Shown here one piece after another: positions 41,827 to 51,307 of a stretch of 64,000 bases of DNA. A program made the translations under genes and the position numbers. The notes under the pieces were generated by a model. It saw only the letters and a program-made list of their open reading frames with translations, searched no databases and was not told the DNA's origin. Position 1 is the first letter of the stretch; each line of letters begins with the position of its first letter. The stretch is from contig JASBVM010000048.1 in assembly GCA_029961055.1 (NCBI GenBank), forward strand, positions 5,600 to 69,599. The letters are read 5' to 3'. This DNA comes from Bacillota bacterium (lineage in GTDB: Bacteria > Bacillota > Sulfobacillia > JAIMAT01).

Positions 41827-42788
41827 GCGCCGCCGGAGCGGCCGAGGCGGTGCGGCCGCCGCCCGGCCGGGGCCGCGGACCCGGGGAGGCGCCGCCCCAG
41901 TTCGAGCAACAGCCGTCGCTCGATGCGGGCCAGCGCCTCCCGGCTCCAGCCGGCCACGTGCGGGGTGAGGAGGACCCGGGGGTGGCCCGCCAGCGGATCG
42001 GGCCGGGGAGGCGGCTCCTTCCGCACGTCCAGCGCCGCCACGGCCGGGCGACCCCGTTCCAGGGCGCGCGCCAGCGCCTCCTCGTCCAGGAGGTTGCCGC
42101 GAGCCGTGTTCACCAGGATCGAGCCGCGCCGGAAGAGGCGGAACCGCTCCTCGCCCAGCAGGTGGTGCGTCTCGCGCGTGAGCGGCAGGTGGAGGCTGAC
42201 CACGTCGGAGCGGGCGATCAGCTGGTCCAGCTCGCTCCAGCGGACTCCCGCGGGAGGCGGCTCGGACAGGCTCCGGGGCGGCAGGGCCAGGACGGTCAGC
42301 CCCCAGGCGCCCGCCAGCGTCGCCACCCGGCGGCCGACGGCTCCGAAGCCGACCACGCCCCAGGTGGCGCCGGCGAGCTCGCGACCTGCCAGCTCCAGCC
42401 GTTCCGAGGCGGTGGCCCGGCTCGAGCCGAGGGCGCGGTGGAGCTGGCGTGCCGCCGCCAGGGCCAGCGTCCAGGTGAACTCCGCCGTCGCCTCGGCGTT
42501 CTCGCCGGGGGCGGCCAGCACCTCCACCCGGAGGCGGCGCGCCGCCTCCAGGTCCACGTTGTCCAGCCCCGACCCCAGCCGGGCGAGGACCCGGAGCTCG
42601 GGCGCCAGGCGGGCGAGCAGGGGCGACCCGACCTCGGTCCGGTTCCGGACCACCAGCGCCCAGGGCCTCCGCCCTGCCGGCAGCTCCCCGTGCGCCAGCG
42701 CGCGGCCGTCGACGTAGACCGCCTCGTCCATCCGCCGGAGCGAGCGCCAGAAGAGCGGCGAGACGGGTTCCGCCACCCAGACGGTCAT
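41811..42788 (-). CDS. D-isomer-specific 2-hydroxyacid dehydrogenase (SerA/SlcC-like)
   Basis: VVRNRTEV, RLGSGLDNVD, GFGAVG, SLHLPLT, NTARG, LDV..EPP, TPHVAG. Confidence 0.88.
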   Translation of the reverse strand: MTVWVAEPVSPLFWRSLRRMDEAVYVDGRALAHGELPAGRRPWALVVRNRTEVGSPLLARLAPELRVLARLGSGLDNVDLEAARRLRVEVLAAPGENAEATAEFTWTLALAAARQLHRALGSSRATASERLELAGRELAGATWGVVGFGAVGRRVATLAGAWGLTVLALPPRSLSEPPPAGVRWSELDQLIARSDVVSLHLPLTRETHHLLGEERFRLFRRGSILVNTARGNLLDEEALARALERGRPAVAALDVRKEPPPRPDPLAGHPRVLLTPHVAGWSREALARIERRLLLELGRRLPGSAAPAGRRPHRLGRSGGAQPSR

Positions 42789-42807
42789 CCACCTTCCCCG
42801 GCGGAGT

Positions 42808-43746
42808 CTATGCGCGCTCGCTCCACTCCTGCAGCCCGAACAACCGGGCCGCGTTGCCGCCCAGGAAGAGGCGGATGGCCTCCTCGGGCCAGCGCAGGTA
42901 ACGGGCCGCCCTGAGCTGGTCGGCCAGGTAGCGGACGGAGAAGCCGCGGGGGAACCAGCTGGAGTCCGTGCCGAAGAGGATCCGCTCCGGCCCCACCATC
43001 TCGTAGGCCTTCTGGAGCAACGACTCCAGCGTGAGCGGGTAGGGCATCCAGCGCATCCACTGGTTCGAACCGGAGGTGTCGATGTAGATGTTGGGCAGGC
43101 TCCAGCAGAGCTGGAGCAGATCCTGCCAGTATCCGGCGCCGAAGTGCGGGATGATGAAGGGGATGTCCAGGAACTCCCGCGCCACCGGCCAGAGCGTCAG
43201 CGGGCTCATCCGGGGCGAGTAGACCACGCCGCCGGCGTGGCCGAGCAGGCCGAAGTGGATCAGCACCGGGATGCGACGGTCCGCCAGGTACTTCCAGATG
43301 GGGCGGAGCGAGGGATCCTCGAACGGGACGGGCATCCGCGGCCCGAACATCTTGTAGCCGACGAAGCCGAACTCCTCGACGCCACGCCGGAGCTGCTCCA
43401 GCGCATCCGGCGCGGTCGGATCGTGGTGGACCATCCCCAGGAAGCGATCCGGATGGCGGCGGACCACCGCCGCCAGGCGCTCGTTGCCGCCCCCGGTGAC
43501 GAAGCAGACCCGCTCCACGCCATGACGGTCCAGCTCCTCGACCCAGCGGTCGGCCAGCTGCTCGGCCTCCTCGGGGGTCGACGGCGGTGGCTCGGGGGGA
43601 CCGGGGAACTGCCATTCTTGGCGCATCCGCTCGTCGCGCTCGCGGGCGTAGGCGACCAGGGCGGGATGCTGCGTGCCCGCCGGCGGCCAGGCACCGTAGA
43701 CGAAGTGGACATGGGTATCCAGCACGCGGAACCCTTCGTAAGCCAT
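42808..43746 (-). CDS. Amidohydrolase-2 family metallohydrolase
   Basis: DTHVH, GYK, PVLIHFG, IPHFG, YIDTS, ILFGTDS. Confidence 0.88.
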   Translation of the reverse strand: MAYEGFRVLDTHVHFVYGAWPPAGTQHPALVAYARERDERMRQEWQFPGPPEPPPSTPEEAEQLADRWVEELDRHGVERVCFVTGGGNERLAAVVRRHPDRFLGMVHHDPTAPDALEQLRRGVEEFGFVGYKMFGPRMPVPFEDPSLRPIWKYLADRRIPVLIHFGLLGHAGGVVYSPRMSPLTLWPVAREFLDIPFIIPHFGAGYWQDLLQLCWSLPNIYIDTSGSNQWMRWMPYPLTLESLLQKAYEMVGPERILFGTDSSWFPRGFSVRYLADQLRAARYLRWPEEAIRLFLGGNAARLFGLQEWSERA

Positions 43747-43762
43747 GGCGACACCTCCGCGG

Positions 43763-43793
43763 GAAGGCCCGCCGGAGAGGGCGGCGGGCCTTC
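43763..43793. other. Perfect 12-bp stem-loop between sdhB and the amidohydrolase gene
   Basis: GAAGGCCCGCCG / CGGCGGGCCTTC; no U-tract in sdh orientation. Confidence 0.6.
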
Positions 43794-43808
43794 TTCATCC
43801 TGTCCCGA

Positions 43809-44573
43809 TCAGGCGCTCTTCGACTTGCTGGCGAGCCAGCGCGTGAAGCCGCGGGCGATGGTCTGCCGGTTGGCCTCGGCGATGGCGGTGGTGAGCGGGA
43901 TCCCCTTGGGGCAGGCGCGGACGCAGTTCTGCGCGTTGCCGCAGTCCTCGACGCCGCCGGGCTCCATCAGCGCGTCCAGCCGCTCGTCCGCGTTGTAGCG
44001 TCCGGTGGGATGGGCGTTGAAGAGGACCACCTGCGCGATGGGCTGCGCGCCGATGAAGCGCGACTGGGGCCCGTAGTTGGGGCAGACCTCCAGGCAGACG
44101 CCGCAGGTCATGCAGCGCGAGAGCTCGTAGCGCCACTGCTGCTCCTGGTCGGAGATGCGCGGTCCGGGTCCCAGCGGGTAGGTGCCGTCGAGCGGGATCC
44201 AGGCCTTCACCTTCTTCAGGTTCTCGAACATGCGCGAGCGGTCGACGATCAGGTCGCGCACCACCGGGAAGGAGTGCATCGGCTCCAGGGTGATGGGCTC
44301 TTCGACCTTGTCCACCAGCGTGGAGCAGGCCTGGCGGGCGCGGCCGTTGATCACCATGCTGCAGGCGCCGCAGACCTCCTCCAGGCAGCTGGACTCCCAG
44401 GCGACCGGCGTCGTCGGCTGCCCGGCGGCGTTGACCGGGTTCCGCTGGATCGCCATCAGCGCGCTGATCACGTTCATCCCCGGCTCGTAGGGGACCTCGA
44501 AGTCCTCCCAGCGGGGCGTCGCCTCGGGGTTCTCCTGCCGCCGGATCCGCAGCTTGACACTCTCTCGGGCCAC
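43809..44573 (-). CDS. sdhB: Succinate dehydrogenase Fe-S subunit (Bacillus type)
   Basis: WESSCLEEVCGACSMVING, CMTCGVCLEVCP, CGNAQNCVRACP. Confidence 0.96.
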   Translation of the reverse strand: MARESVKLRIRRQENPEATPRWEDFEVPYEPGMNVISALMAIQRNPVNAAGQPTTPVAWESSCLEEVCGACSMVINGRARQACSTLVDKVEEPITLEPMHSFPVVRDLIVDRSRMFENLKKVKAWIPLDGTYPLGPGPRISDQEQQWRYELSRCMTCGVCLEVCPNYGPQSRFIGAQPIAQVVLFNAHPTGRYNADERLDALMEPGGVEDCGNAQNCVRACPKGIPLTTAIAEANRQTIARGFTRWLASKSKSA

Positions 44574-44604
44574 AGGCTCTCTCCCCCTCCGATTCCGAGC
44601 GGTC

Positions 44605-46344
44605 TCAGTCGTACTTGCGCGGGCGCGGCGGGATGAGCGAGGTGTCCACCGGCTCGTAGCTGAACTTCGGCCCGTCGGGCGTGAAGGTGACGATGGTCGT
44701 CTTCAGCCAGTGCTCGTCGTCCCGCTCGGGGAACTCGGGCTTGTAGTGGGCGCCCCGGCTCTCGTTCCGGTTGAGCGCGCCCAGGGTGATCGCCCGCGCC
44801 AGCTGGAGCATGTGGTAGAGGTGGGCGGTGAACTGCACCGACTGGTTGGTCCAGCGCCCGGCGTCGGGGGTGCCGATCCGCTGCCAGCGCTCCAGCAGCT
44901 CCTGGATCTTGGCGTCGGTCTCGCGGAGCCGGTCGTTGTAGCGGACCACCGTCACGTTGTCCGTCATGATCTGGCCCAGCTCCTGGTGGATGCGGTACGG
45001 GTTCTCCGTGCCGTCCATCCGGTAGATCCGCTCGTACCACTCCTCCGCGCGCTTCCTCTCCGCCTCGAAGAGGCTCTCGGGCAGGTCCCAGGCGTCCCGG
45101 TCCAGCCCCTCGACGTGCTTCTGGATGGTGGGCACCACCGCCATCCCGTCGTAGATGCAGGAGAGCAGCGAGTTGGCGCCCAGCCGGTTGGCGCCGTGGT
45201 GCTGGTACTCCGCCTCACCGGCGCCGAAGATGCCGGGCACCGACGCCTGCATGCCGTAGTCGACCCAGAGGCCGCCCATGTTGTAATGGACCGTGGGGAA
45301 GACCTTCATGGGCACCTTGCGCGGGTCGTCGCCCACGAACTTCTCGTAGATCTCCAGCACGCCGCCCAGCTTCCGCTCCAGCACGTCCGCGGGGATGTGG
45401 GTGACGTCCAGGTAGACCATGTTCTTGCCGTCGATGCCCAGGTGCTGGTTGACGCAGACGTCGAAGATCTCCCGCGTGGCGATGTCCCGCGGCACCAGGT
45501 TGCCGTAGTGCGGGTACTTCTCCTCCAGGAAGTACCAGGGCTTCCCGTCCTTGTAGACCCAGACCCGGCCGCCCTCGCCGCGGATCGACTCCGACATCAG
45601 GCGGTTCTTGTCCCCGCCTGGGATGGCCGTGGGATGGACCTGGATGAACTCGGGGTTGGCGTACTTCAGCCCCTGCTGATAGAGGATGCTGAGCGGCGCC
45701 CCGTCGTTGATGATGGAGTTGGTGCTCTTGCCGAAGATGACGCCCAGCCCGCCGGTGGCGATCACCACCGCGTTGGCGCGGAAGGCCCGGATCTCCATGG
45801 AGTGGAGATCCTGGGCGATGATGCCGCGGCCGATCCCCTGGTCGTCGATCACCGCCCCCAGGAAGTCCCACATCTCATACTTGGTGACGGCCCCCTCGAC
45901 CTCCCAGCGCCGGACCTGCTCGTCCAGGGCGTACATCAGCTGCTGGCCGGTGGTGGCGCCGGCGAAGGCGGTGCGGTGGAACTGGGTGCCGCCGAAGCGC
46001 CGGAAGTCGATCAGCCCCTCGGGCGTCCGGTTGAAGGGCACTCCCATGCGGTCGAACATGTAGATGATGTCGGGCGCCGCCTGGCACATGCCCAGCACCG
46101 GTGGCTGGTTGGCCAGGAAGTCGCCGCCGTAGACCGTGTCGTCGAAGTGCTGCCAGGGCGAGTCCCCCTCGCCCTTGGTGTTGACGGCCCCGTTGATGCC
46201 CCCCTGGGCGCAGACCGAGTGCGAGCGCTTGACCGGCACCAGCGAGAAGAGGTCGACATGGAAGCCCGCCTCGGCCGCGCGGATGGTGGTCATGAGCCCC
46301 GCCAGCCCGCCGCCGACGACGATGATCCGGTTCTGCTTCGCCAA
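44605..46344 (-). CDS. sdhA: Succinate dehydrogenase flavoprotein
   Basis: GGGLAG, RSHSVCAQGGIN, QVHPT, SESIRGEG, HYNMGG, HGANRLGANSL, ESRGAH. Confidence 0.97.
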   Translation of the reverse strand: MAKQNRIIVVGGGLAGLMTTIRAAEAGFHVDLFSLVPVKRSHSVCAQGGINGAVNTKGEGDSPWQHFDDTVYGGDFLANQPPVLGMCQAAPDIIYMFDRMGVPFNRTPEGLIDFRRFGGTQFHRTAFAGATTGQQLMYALDEQVRRWEVEGAVTKYEMWDFLGAVIDDQGIGRGIIAQDLHSMEIRAFRANAVVIATGGLGVIFGKSTNSIINDGAPLSILYQQGLKYANPEFIQVHPTAIPGGDKNRLMSESIRGEGGRVWVYKDGKPWYFLEEKYPHYGNLVPRDIATREIFDVCVNQHLGIDGKNMVYLDVTHIPADVLERKLGGVLEIYEKFVGDDPRKVPMKVFPTVHYNMGGLWVDYGMQASVPGIFGAGEAEYQHHGANRLGANSLLSCIYDGMAVVPTIQKHVEGLDRDAWDLPESLFEAERKRAEEWYERIYRMDGTENPYRIHQELGQIMTDNVTVVRYNDRLRETDAKIQELLERWQRIGTPDAGRWTNQSVQFTAHLYHMLQLARAITLGALNRNESRGAHYKPEFPERDDEHWLKTTIVTFTPDGPKFSYEPVDTSLIPPRPRKYD

Positions 46345-46371
46345 GATCGTTGCCCCCTTTGCCCACGCCGC

Positions 46372-46971
46372 TTACGCCACGAAGGCGATGGCCGAACCCA
46401 CGCCGAGGACGCTGAGCGCCACGAAGAAGACGGCCAGCACCCACTGGGCCACCCGTTGCGCCCGCGGGCTGATCAGGATCCCCCAGTTGATCCCGAAGAG
46501 CCAGAGACCGTTGGACAGGTGCCAGGTGGCGGAGAGGATGCCGAGGATGTAGAAGGCCAGACCCCAGGGGCTGGACAGCTCGCCGGCCACCTTGGCGAAG
46601 CTGGCGCTGGGCCCGACGAAGCGTATCGTGAGCACGTGGTAGACGATGAAGACGAAAACAATCACGCCCGTGGCGCGCTGAAGCAGAAAGAACCAATTGC
46701 GCGCGAACGGGTAACGATTCACGTTGTACCGGGCGTCCCGCATGACGACGAATCCGTAAACGGCATGATAAAGAATCGGAAGATAAATGAGGAGAGTCTC
46801 GACCACGATGAGCGCCGGAAGGCTTTCCAGGAGGCGGACGACTTGGTTATAGGCGGCAGGCCCGGCAAAGGCGGCCGAATTGGCCCAGAGGTGGAAGATC
46901 AGAAAGACGCCGACGGGGACGACACCGCTCAGCGAATGCAGTCGGCTCCAGAAAAAGTGGCTGACGCGCAA
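46372..46971 (-). CDS. sdhC: Succinate dehydrogenase cytochrome b558 (single 5-TM anchor)
   Basis: RLHSLSGVVPVGVFLIFHL, YHAVYG, LQRATG...YHV, WHLSNGLWLF..WGI; TTG start after GGGAGAGAGG. Confidence 0.93.
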   Translation of the reverse strand: MRVSHFFWSRLHSLSGVVPVGVFLIFHLWANSAAFAGPAAYNQVVRLLESLPALIVVETLLIYLPILYHAVYGFVVMRDARYNVNRYPFARNWFFLLQRATGVIVFVFIVYHVLTIRFVGPSASFAKVAGELSSPWGLAFYILGILSATWHLSNGLWLFGINWGILISPRAQRVAQWVLAVFFVALSVLGVGSAIAFVA

Positions 46972-47044
46972 TCGGCCTCTCTCCCTTCGCCGTGCGCCCG
47001 GTCGAAGCCGCCGAGCGGCGGCAATGTTCCTCGACACGGGTAAA

Positions 47045-47053
47045 AGTATAGCA
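47045..47053 (-). promoter_or_regulatory. Extended -10 element for sdhCAB
   Basis: TGCTATACT on minus strand about 75 nt upstream of sdhC. Confidence 0.55.
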
Positions 47054-47148
47054 CCGGCCCTAGGTGATCCACCCGATCCCGGGGAGGCGAGGGCGGCCGC
47101 GTCGGCTGCGAGCGGCGGATGGATAGAATGGCCAGAGGAGGTAGGGTC

Positions 47149-48819
47149 TTGCTCGGTCGCCGCACCCGTCATCTGGACCGGTTTCGGCAGGTCGCCCGGA
47201 CGCTCGGCCGCTTCGGCTTCGGCTGGGTGCTGGGCCAGCTGGGCCTGGCCGGTCTGGCCCCGCTGACCCCGCTCCGCGGCCGGCCCGAGCTGGCGAGGCT
47301 GAACCGCGGCGAACGGATCCGCATGATGCTGGAGGAGCTGGGCCCCACCTTCGTCAAGCTGGGACAGCTCGCCTCCACCCGCTCCGACCTTCCCCCGGAC
47401 ATCCTCGCCGAGCTGAGCAAGCTCCAGGACCAGGTCCCGCCCTTCCCCTACGCCGAGGCGCGACGGCTGGTCGAAGGCGAGCTGCGGCGACCGCTGAGCG
47501 AGACCTTCCGCGTCTTCGACCCGGTGCCGGTGGCCGCCGCCAGCCTGGGGCAGGTCCATCACGCGGTCCTCCTCGACGGCACCGAGGTGGCCGTCAAGGT
47601 GCAGCGACCCGGGGTCCGGCGGCAGGTGCGCGTCGACCTCGACCTGCTGCGGGAGCTGGCGGCGCTGGCCGACCGGCGTCTCCCCCAGCGCGGCCCGACC
47701 AGCTTCGTCGAGATCGCCGAGGAGCTCGCCCAGATGCTGGACAGGGAGCTGGACTACACGCAGGAGGCGAGCCACGCGGGTCGGATCGGCCGGTTCTTCG
47801 CCGGTTCGGACGAGGTGGTGATCCCGCGCGTCTACCCGGCGCTCAGCACCAGCCGCCTGCTCACCCTCTCCTGGGTGGAGGGGACCCACCTCAGCCGCAT
47901 CCTGGCCGGCCAGGACGGCGTGAACGATCCGGAACGGGTGGCGCGCCGGATCGGCAGCTCGATGTTCGACCAGATCTTCAAGCTCGGCCTCTTCCATGCC
48001 GACCCGCACCCCGGGAACATCCTGGTGCTGCCCGAGGGCCGGATCGCCTACCTCGACTTCGGCATGGTCGGGCGGCTGGGGCCGCGCCGCCGCGAGCAGT
48101 TCTCCTCCCTGGTCGTGGCGCTTCTCGAGCGGGACGCGAGCAAGATCGTGCGCGCCATCCTGGAGATGGGCATCGCCCCGGACGATCTCGACCTCCCCCG
48201 CTTCGAGGAAGAGGTGGAAGAGGTGCGCGACCGGTTCTACGACCGGCCGCTCCGCCAGATCCCCATCGGCGAGGCGGTCCAGGCGGTCCTGGGCCTCGCC
48301 TGGCGGTACCGGATCCGCATTCCCGGCGACTTCTCCACCCTGGGCAAGACGCTCATCACCCTGGAGGGGGTCATCGAACAGCTGGCGCCTGAGGTGAGCG
48401 TGGTCGAGCTGGCGGAGCCCTACGGGCGGGAGCTCCTGTGGCAGCGCTTCGACCCGCGCCGGGTCGCGCGCAGGGTGACGGACTCGGCCGGCGAGACCGT
48501 CCGCGACCTGAGCCAGGTGCCGCCGGCGGTGGTGCGTCTGCTGCACCGCGCGGAGGCCGGCCGGATCGGCTTCGAGGTCCGGGCGGAGCAGCTGGACCGG
48601 GCGGTCCGCGCCATCGAGCGGAGCACGGGCCGGCTGGCGACCGCCGTGCTCCTCCTCGCCCTCAGCGTCCTGGCCGCCGGCCTGCTGGTGGCCGCTGCGC
48701 TGCAGGCTCCGGTGGGGCTCCTCCACTCGCCCCGCCTCGTGCAGGGGTCGCTGGCGATGGGGGCGGTCCTCGTGCTGGCGCTCCTGCTGGAAACGATCCG
48801 CATGCTCCGGGGCCGCTGA
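47149..48819 (+). CDS. ABC1/UbiB family atypical kinase
   Basis: LGPTFVKLGQ, AAASLGQVH, VAVKVQRPG, ELDY..E, FHADPHPGN, DFGMVG; C-terminal TMs. Confidence 0.93.
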   Translation: MLGRRTRHLDRFRQVARTLGRFGFGWVLGQLGLAGLAPLTPLRGRPELARLNRGERIRMMLEELGPTFVKLGQLASTRSDLPPDILAELSKLQDQVPPFPYAEARRLVEGELRRPLSETFRVFDPVPVAAASLGQVHHAVLLDGTEVAVKVQRPGVRRQVRVDLDLLRELAALADRRLPQRGPTSFVEIAEELAQMLDRELDYTQEASHAGRIGRFFAGSDEVVIPRVYPALSTSRLLTLSWVEGTHLSRILAGQDGVNDPERVARRIGSSMFDQIFKLGLFHADPHPGNILVLPEGRIAYLDFGMVGRLGPRRREQFSSLVVALLERDASKIVRAILEMGIAPDDLDLPRFEEEVEEVRDRFYDRPLRQIPIGEAVQAVLGLAWRYRIRIPGDFSTLGKTLITLEGVIEQLAPEVSVVELAEPYGRELLWQRFDPRRVARRVTDSAGETVRDLSQVPPAVVRLLHRAEAGRIGFEVRAEQLDRAVRAIERSTGRLATAVLLLALSVLAAGLLVAAALQAPVGLLHSPRLVQGSLAMGAVLVLALLLETIRMLRGR

Positions 48820-48924
48820 CCGCGCCGACCGGGGGCGGCCGGGCCCGGCGCGCCCCGCTTGACGGCCTGGAAGGGCCGCCGGATAGTGACTAGCATGACA
48901 GGGCAGGGCTGCCGGAGGTGCGCC

Positions 48925-49728
48925 GTGAGGCCGTACAGCTTCTTCGCCCGGTTCTACGACCGGGTGATGCAGGCGATCCCGTACGCCGAGTGGATCGAGT
49001 ACGTCGAGGCGATCCTGGAGCGGTTCGAACACGAGCCCGCCAGCGTGGCCGACCTGGCGTGCGGAACGGGGAACACCACGCTGCCCTGGGCGCGGCGCGG
49101 CCTTCGCGTCTACGGGGTCGACCGCTCGCCGGAGATGCTGGACGAGGCGCGCCGCAAGGCGGCCGAGGAAGGGCTGGAGGTGGGCTGGCTGGAAGCGGAC
49201 CTCCGGGACTTCCTGCTGCCCGAGCCGGTGGAGCTGGAGACCTGCCTCTACGACAGCCTCAACTACCTGACGGAGGCGGACGACCTCGAGGCGGCCTTCC
49301 GGGCGGCCTACCGGAACCTTCAGCCGGGGGGCCTGCTGGTCATCGACATGAACACGGAGTACAAGCTGCTCCACGTGGAGCCCGAGACCTACTACTACCG
49401 TTCCGGGGAGGGGCCGGAGAAGCCGGAGGAGGAGTGGCACCTGATCTGGGAGCACGGCACCAACGCGGCCGAGCAGCTCTGGGAGGTCCGGCTGACCGGC
49501 TTCCTGCCCAAGCCGGGCCACCCGGGCTGCTACGAGCGCTGGGAGGAAGTCCACCGGGAGAGGGGCTACCCCGCCGCCGAGGTGGAGCGGCTCCTGCGGC
49601 GCGCGGGCTTCCGGGTGCTGGCCGCGTACGACGCCTATACCTTCGACCCCCCGGTGCCCGTCTCCGACCGGATCTTCTGGGTGGCCCGGCGCCCCGGCGG
49701 CTCCCGGCGCCTGGTGAGGCGAGGCTGA
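48925..49728 (+). CDS. Class I SAM-dependent methyltransferase
   Basis: FARFYD, DLACGTG, GVDRSPEML, DSLNYL, PGGLLVID. Confidence 0.9.
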   Translation: MRPYSFFARFYDRVMQAIPYAEWIEYVEAILERFEHEPASVADLACGTGNTTLPWARRGLRVYGVDRSPEMLDEARRKAAEEGLEVGWLEADLRDFLLPEPVELETCLYDSLNYLTEADDLEAAFRAAYRNLQPGGLLVIDMNTEYKLLHVEPETYYYRSGEGPEKPEEEWHLIWEHGTNAAEQLWEVRLTGFLPKPGHPGCYERWEEVHRERGYPAAEVERLLRRAGFRVLAAYDAYTFDPPVPVSDRIFWVARRPGGSRRLVRRG

Positions 49729-50810
49729 TGCAGATCGGGATCATCGGTCTGCCGCTTTCCGGCAAGAGCACGCTCTTCCGCCTTCTCACCGGCGGGCGGA
49801 CGGAGGGAGCGCGGGCCGGGGGACGCGCGGACGTCCGCGTCGGCGTCGCCCAGGTGCCGGATCCGCGCCTGGACTTCCTGGCGGGGCTCTACCACCCGAA
49901 GAAGGTGACGCCCGCCACCATCCAGCTGACGGAGACCATGGGCTTCCTGCCGGGGGAAGGGGACCGGGCCCGGATCAACGAGTTCCTCAACGCGGTCCGC
50001 AGCTCGGACGCGCTCATCCACGTGGTCCGCACCTTCGAGAGCGCCGGACTGCCTCACCCGCGCGGCCGGGTCGACCCGCTGGCGGACGTGCGCGACCTGG
50101 ACCAGGAGCTGCTCCTGGCCGACCTGGCCGTGGCCGAGAGCGCTGCCGAGCGCCTCCGCCAGTCGAAGCGGCGCAGCGAGGAGGAAGGGGCGACCCTGGA
50201 GCTCCTGGAGCGCGTCCAGGAGGCGCTCGGCGCGGAGGTGCCCGTGCATGACATGGGTCTGAGCGAGGAGGAGCTCCGCCTCCTCCGGAACTACGCCTTC
50301 GTCACCGCCCGGCCGCTCCTGCTGGCGCTCAACCTGGCCGAGGAGCAGTGGTCCGCCCAGGAGATCCCGGGTCGCGAGGCACTGGAGGAGTACGCCCGCC
50401 GCCACGGCGAGCGGGTCGTCCCCTTCTGCGCCCAGGTGGAGCTGGAGGTGGCGGAGATGGAGCCGGGCGACCGCGAGGAGTTCATGCGCGCCTACGGCAT
50501 CGAGGAGACCGGGATCGAGCGCATCGCCAAGGCGGCCTACGCCTCGCTGGGCCTGATCTCCTTCCTGACGGCGGGGGAGGACGAGGTGCGCGCCTGGCCG
50601 GTGCCGGCGGGGACCACCGCCAGGCGGGCGGCGGGGAAGATCCACTCGGACCTGGAGCGCGGCTTCATCCGCGCGGAGGTCGTCGCCTTCGACGACCTGG
50701 CCCGCCTCGGCTCGATGAAGGCGGTGCGCGAGGCGGGGCTCCTCCGGCTCGAGGGGAAGGAGTATGTGGTCCGGGATGGCGACATCCTCAACATCCGCTT
50801 CAACGTCTGA
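49728..50810 (+). CDS. ychF: YchF/Obg-like ATPase, divergent G motifs
   Basis: GLPLSGKST, VPDPRL, LTAGEDEVRAW, AAGKIHSDLERGFIRAEV, EGKEYVVRDGD..RFNV. Confidence 0.85.
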   Translation: MQIGIIGLPLSGKSTLFRLLTGGRTEGARAGGRADVRVGVAQVPDPRLDFLAGLYHPKKVTPATIQLTETMGFLPGEGDRARINEFLNAVRSSDALIHVVRTFESAGLPHPRGRVDPLADVRDLDQELLLADLAVAESAAERLRQSKRRSEEEGATLELLERVQEALGAEVPVHDMGLSEEELRLLRNYAFVTARPLLLALNLAEEQWSAQEIPGREALEEYARRHGERVVPFCAQVELEVAEMEPGDREEFMRAYGIEETGIERIAKAAYASLGLISFLTAGEDEVRAWPVPAGTTARRAAGKIHSDLERGFIRAEVVAFDDLARLGSMKAVREAGLLRLEGKEYVVRDGDILNIRFNV

Positions 50811-50849
50811 GGCCGCGCGGATCGGGGGCCGAGCCGGGGGTGGGGGCGC

Positions 50850-51263
50850 GTGCCGGACAACCTGAGCGTCGGGCGGGCCGCGGTCCGCATGGCCATCTCG
50901 CGGACGCGCGAGGAAGAGGGACGGCTCAAGGAGGAGCTGCGCGCGGAGGGGATCGCCGCCGCGGCGGTCGACCTGGGCGGCGACTTCGTCACGAGCCTGG
51001 CCAAGATGGTGGAGCGGGCCATCGTCGCCGCCCGGCGGGAAGGGGTGGTCCGGCCCATCCACGCCCACGAGGGCGCCGTCGCCGGAGCGGCGCGCGAGGC
51101 GCTGGGCATCGTGGGCCAGCGCGCCCTCGGGTTCAACATCGGCGGCAAGCTGGGCATCGCCCGGGGCGGAGGCCACCTGGCCGTGGCGGTTTTCGCCGGG
51201 GTCGGCCTGGTCTATCTCGACGACGTGGCCATCGGCCTCGCGCACCGGGCCGTGCCGGAGTAA
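50850..51263 (+). CDS. hutP: HutP family RNA-binding protein
   Basis: VGRAAVRMA, ERAIVAARREG, EGAVAGAAREA, GGKLGIAR..HLAVAVF, GLAHR. Confidence 0.85.
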   Translation: MPDNLSVGRAAVRMAISRTREEEGRLKEELRAEGIAAAAVDLGGDFVTSLAKMVERAIVAARREGVVRPIHAHEGAVAGAAREALGIVGQRALGFNIGGKLGIARGGGHLAVAVFAGVGLVYLDDVAIGLAHRAVPE

Positions 51264-51307
51264 CCGATGGGGCGCCGGACCGTGCCGCCCGGCACTTCTG
51301 CCGCCGG

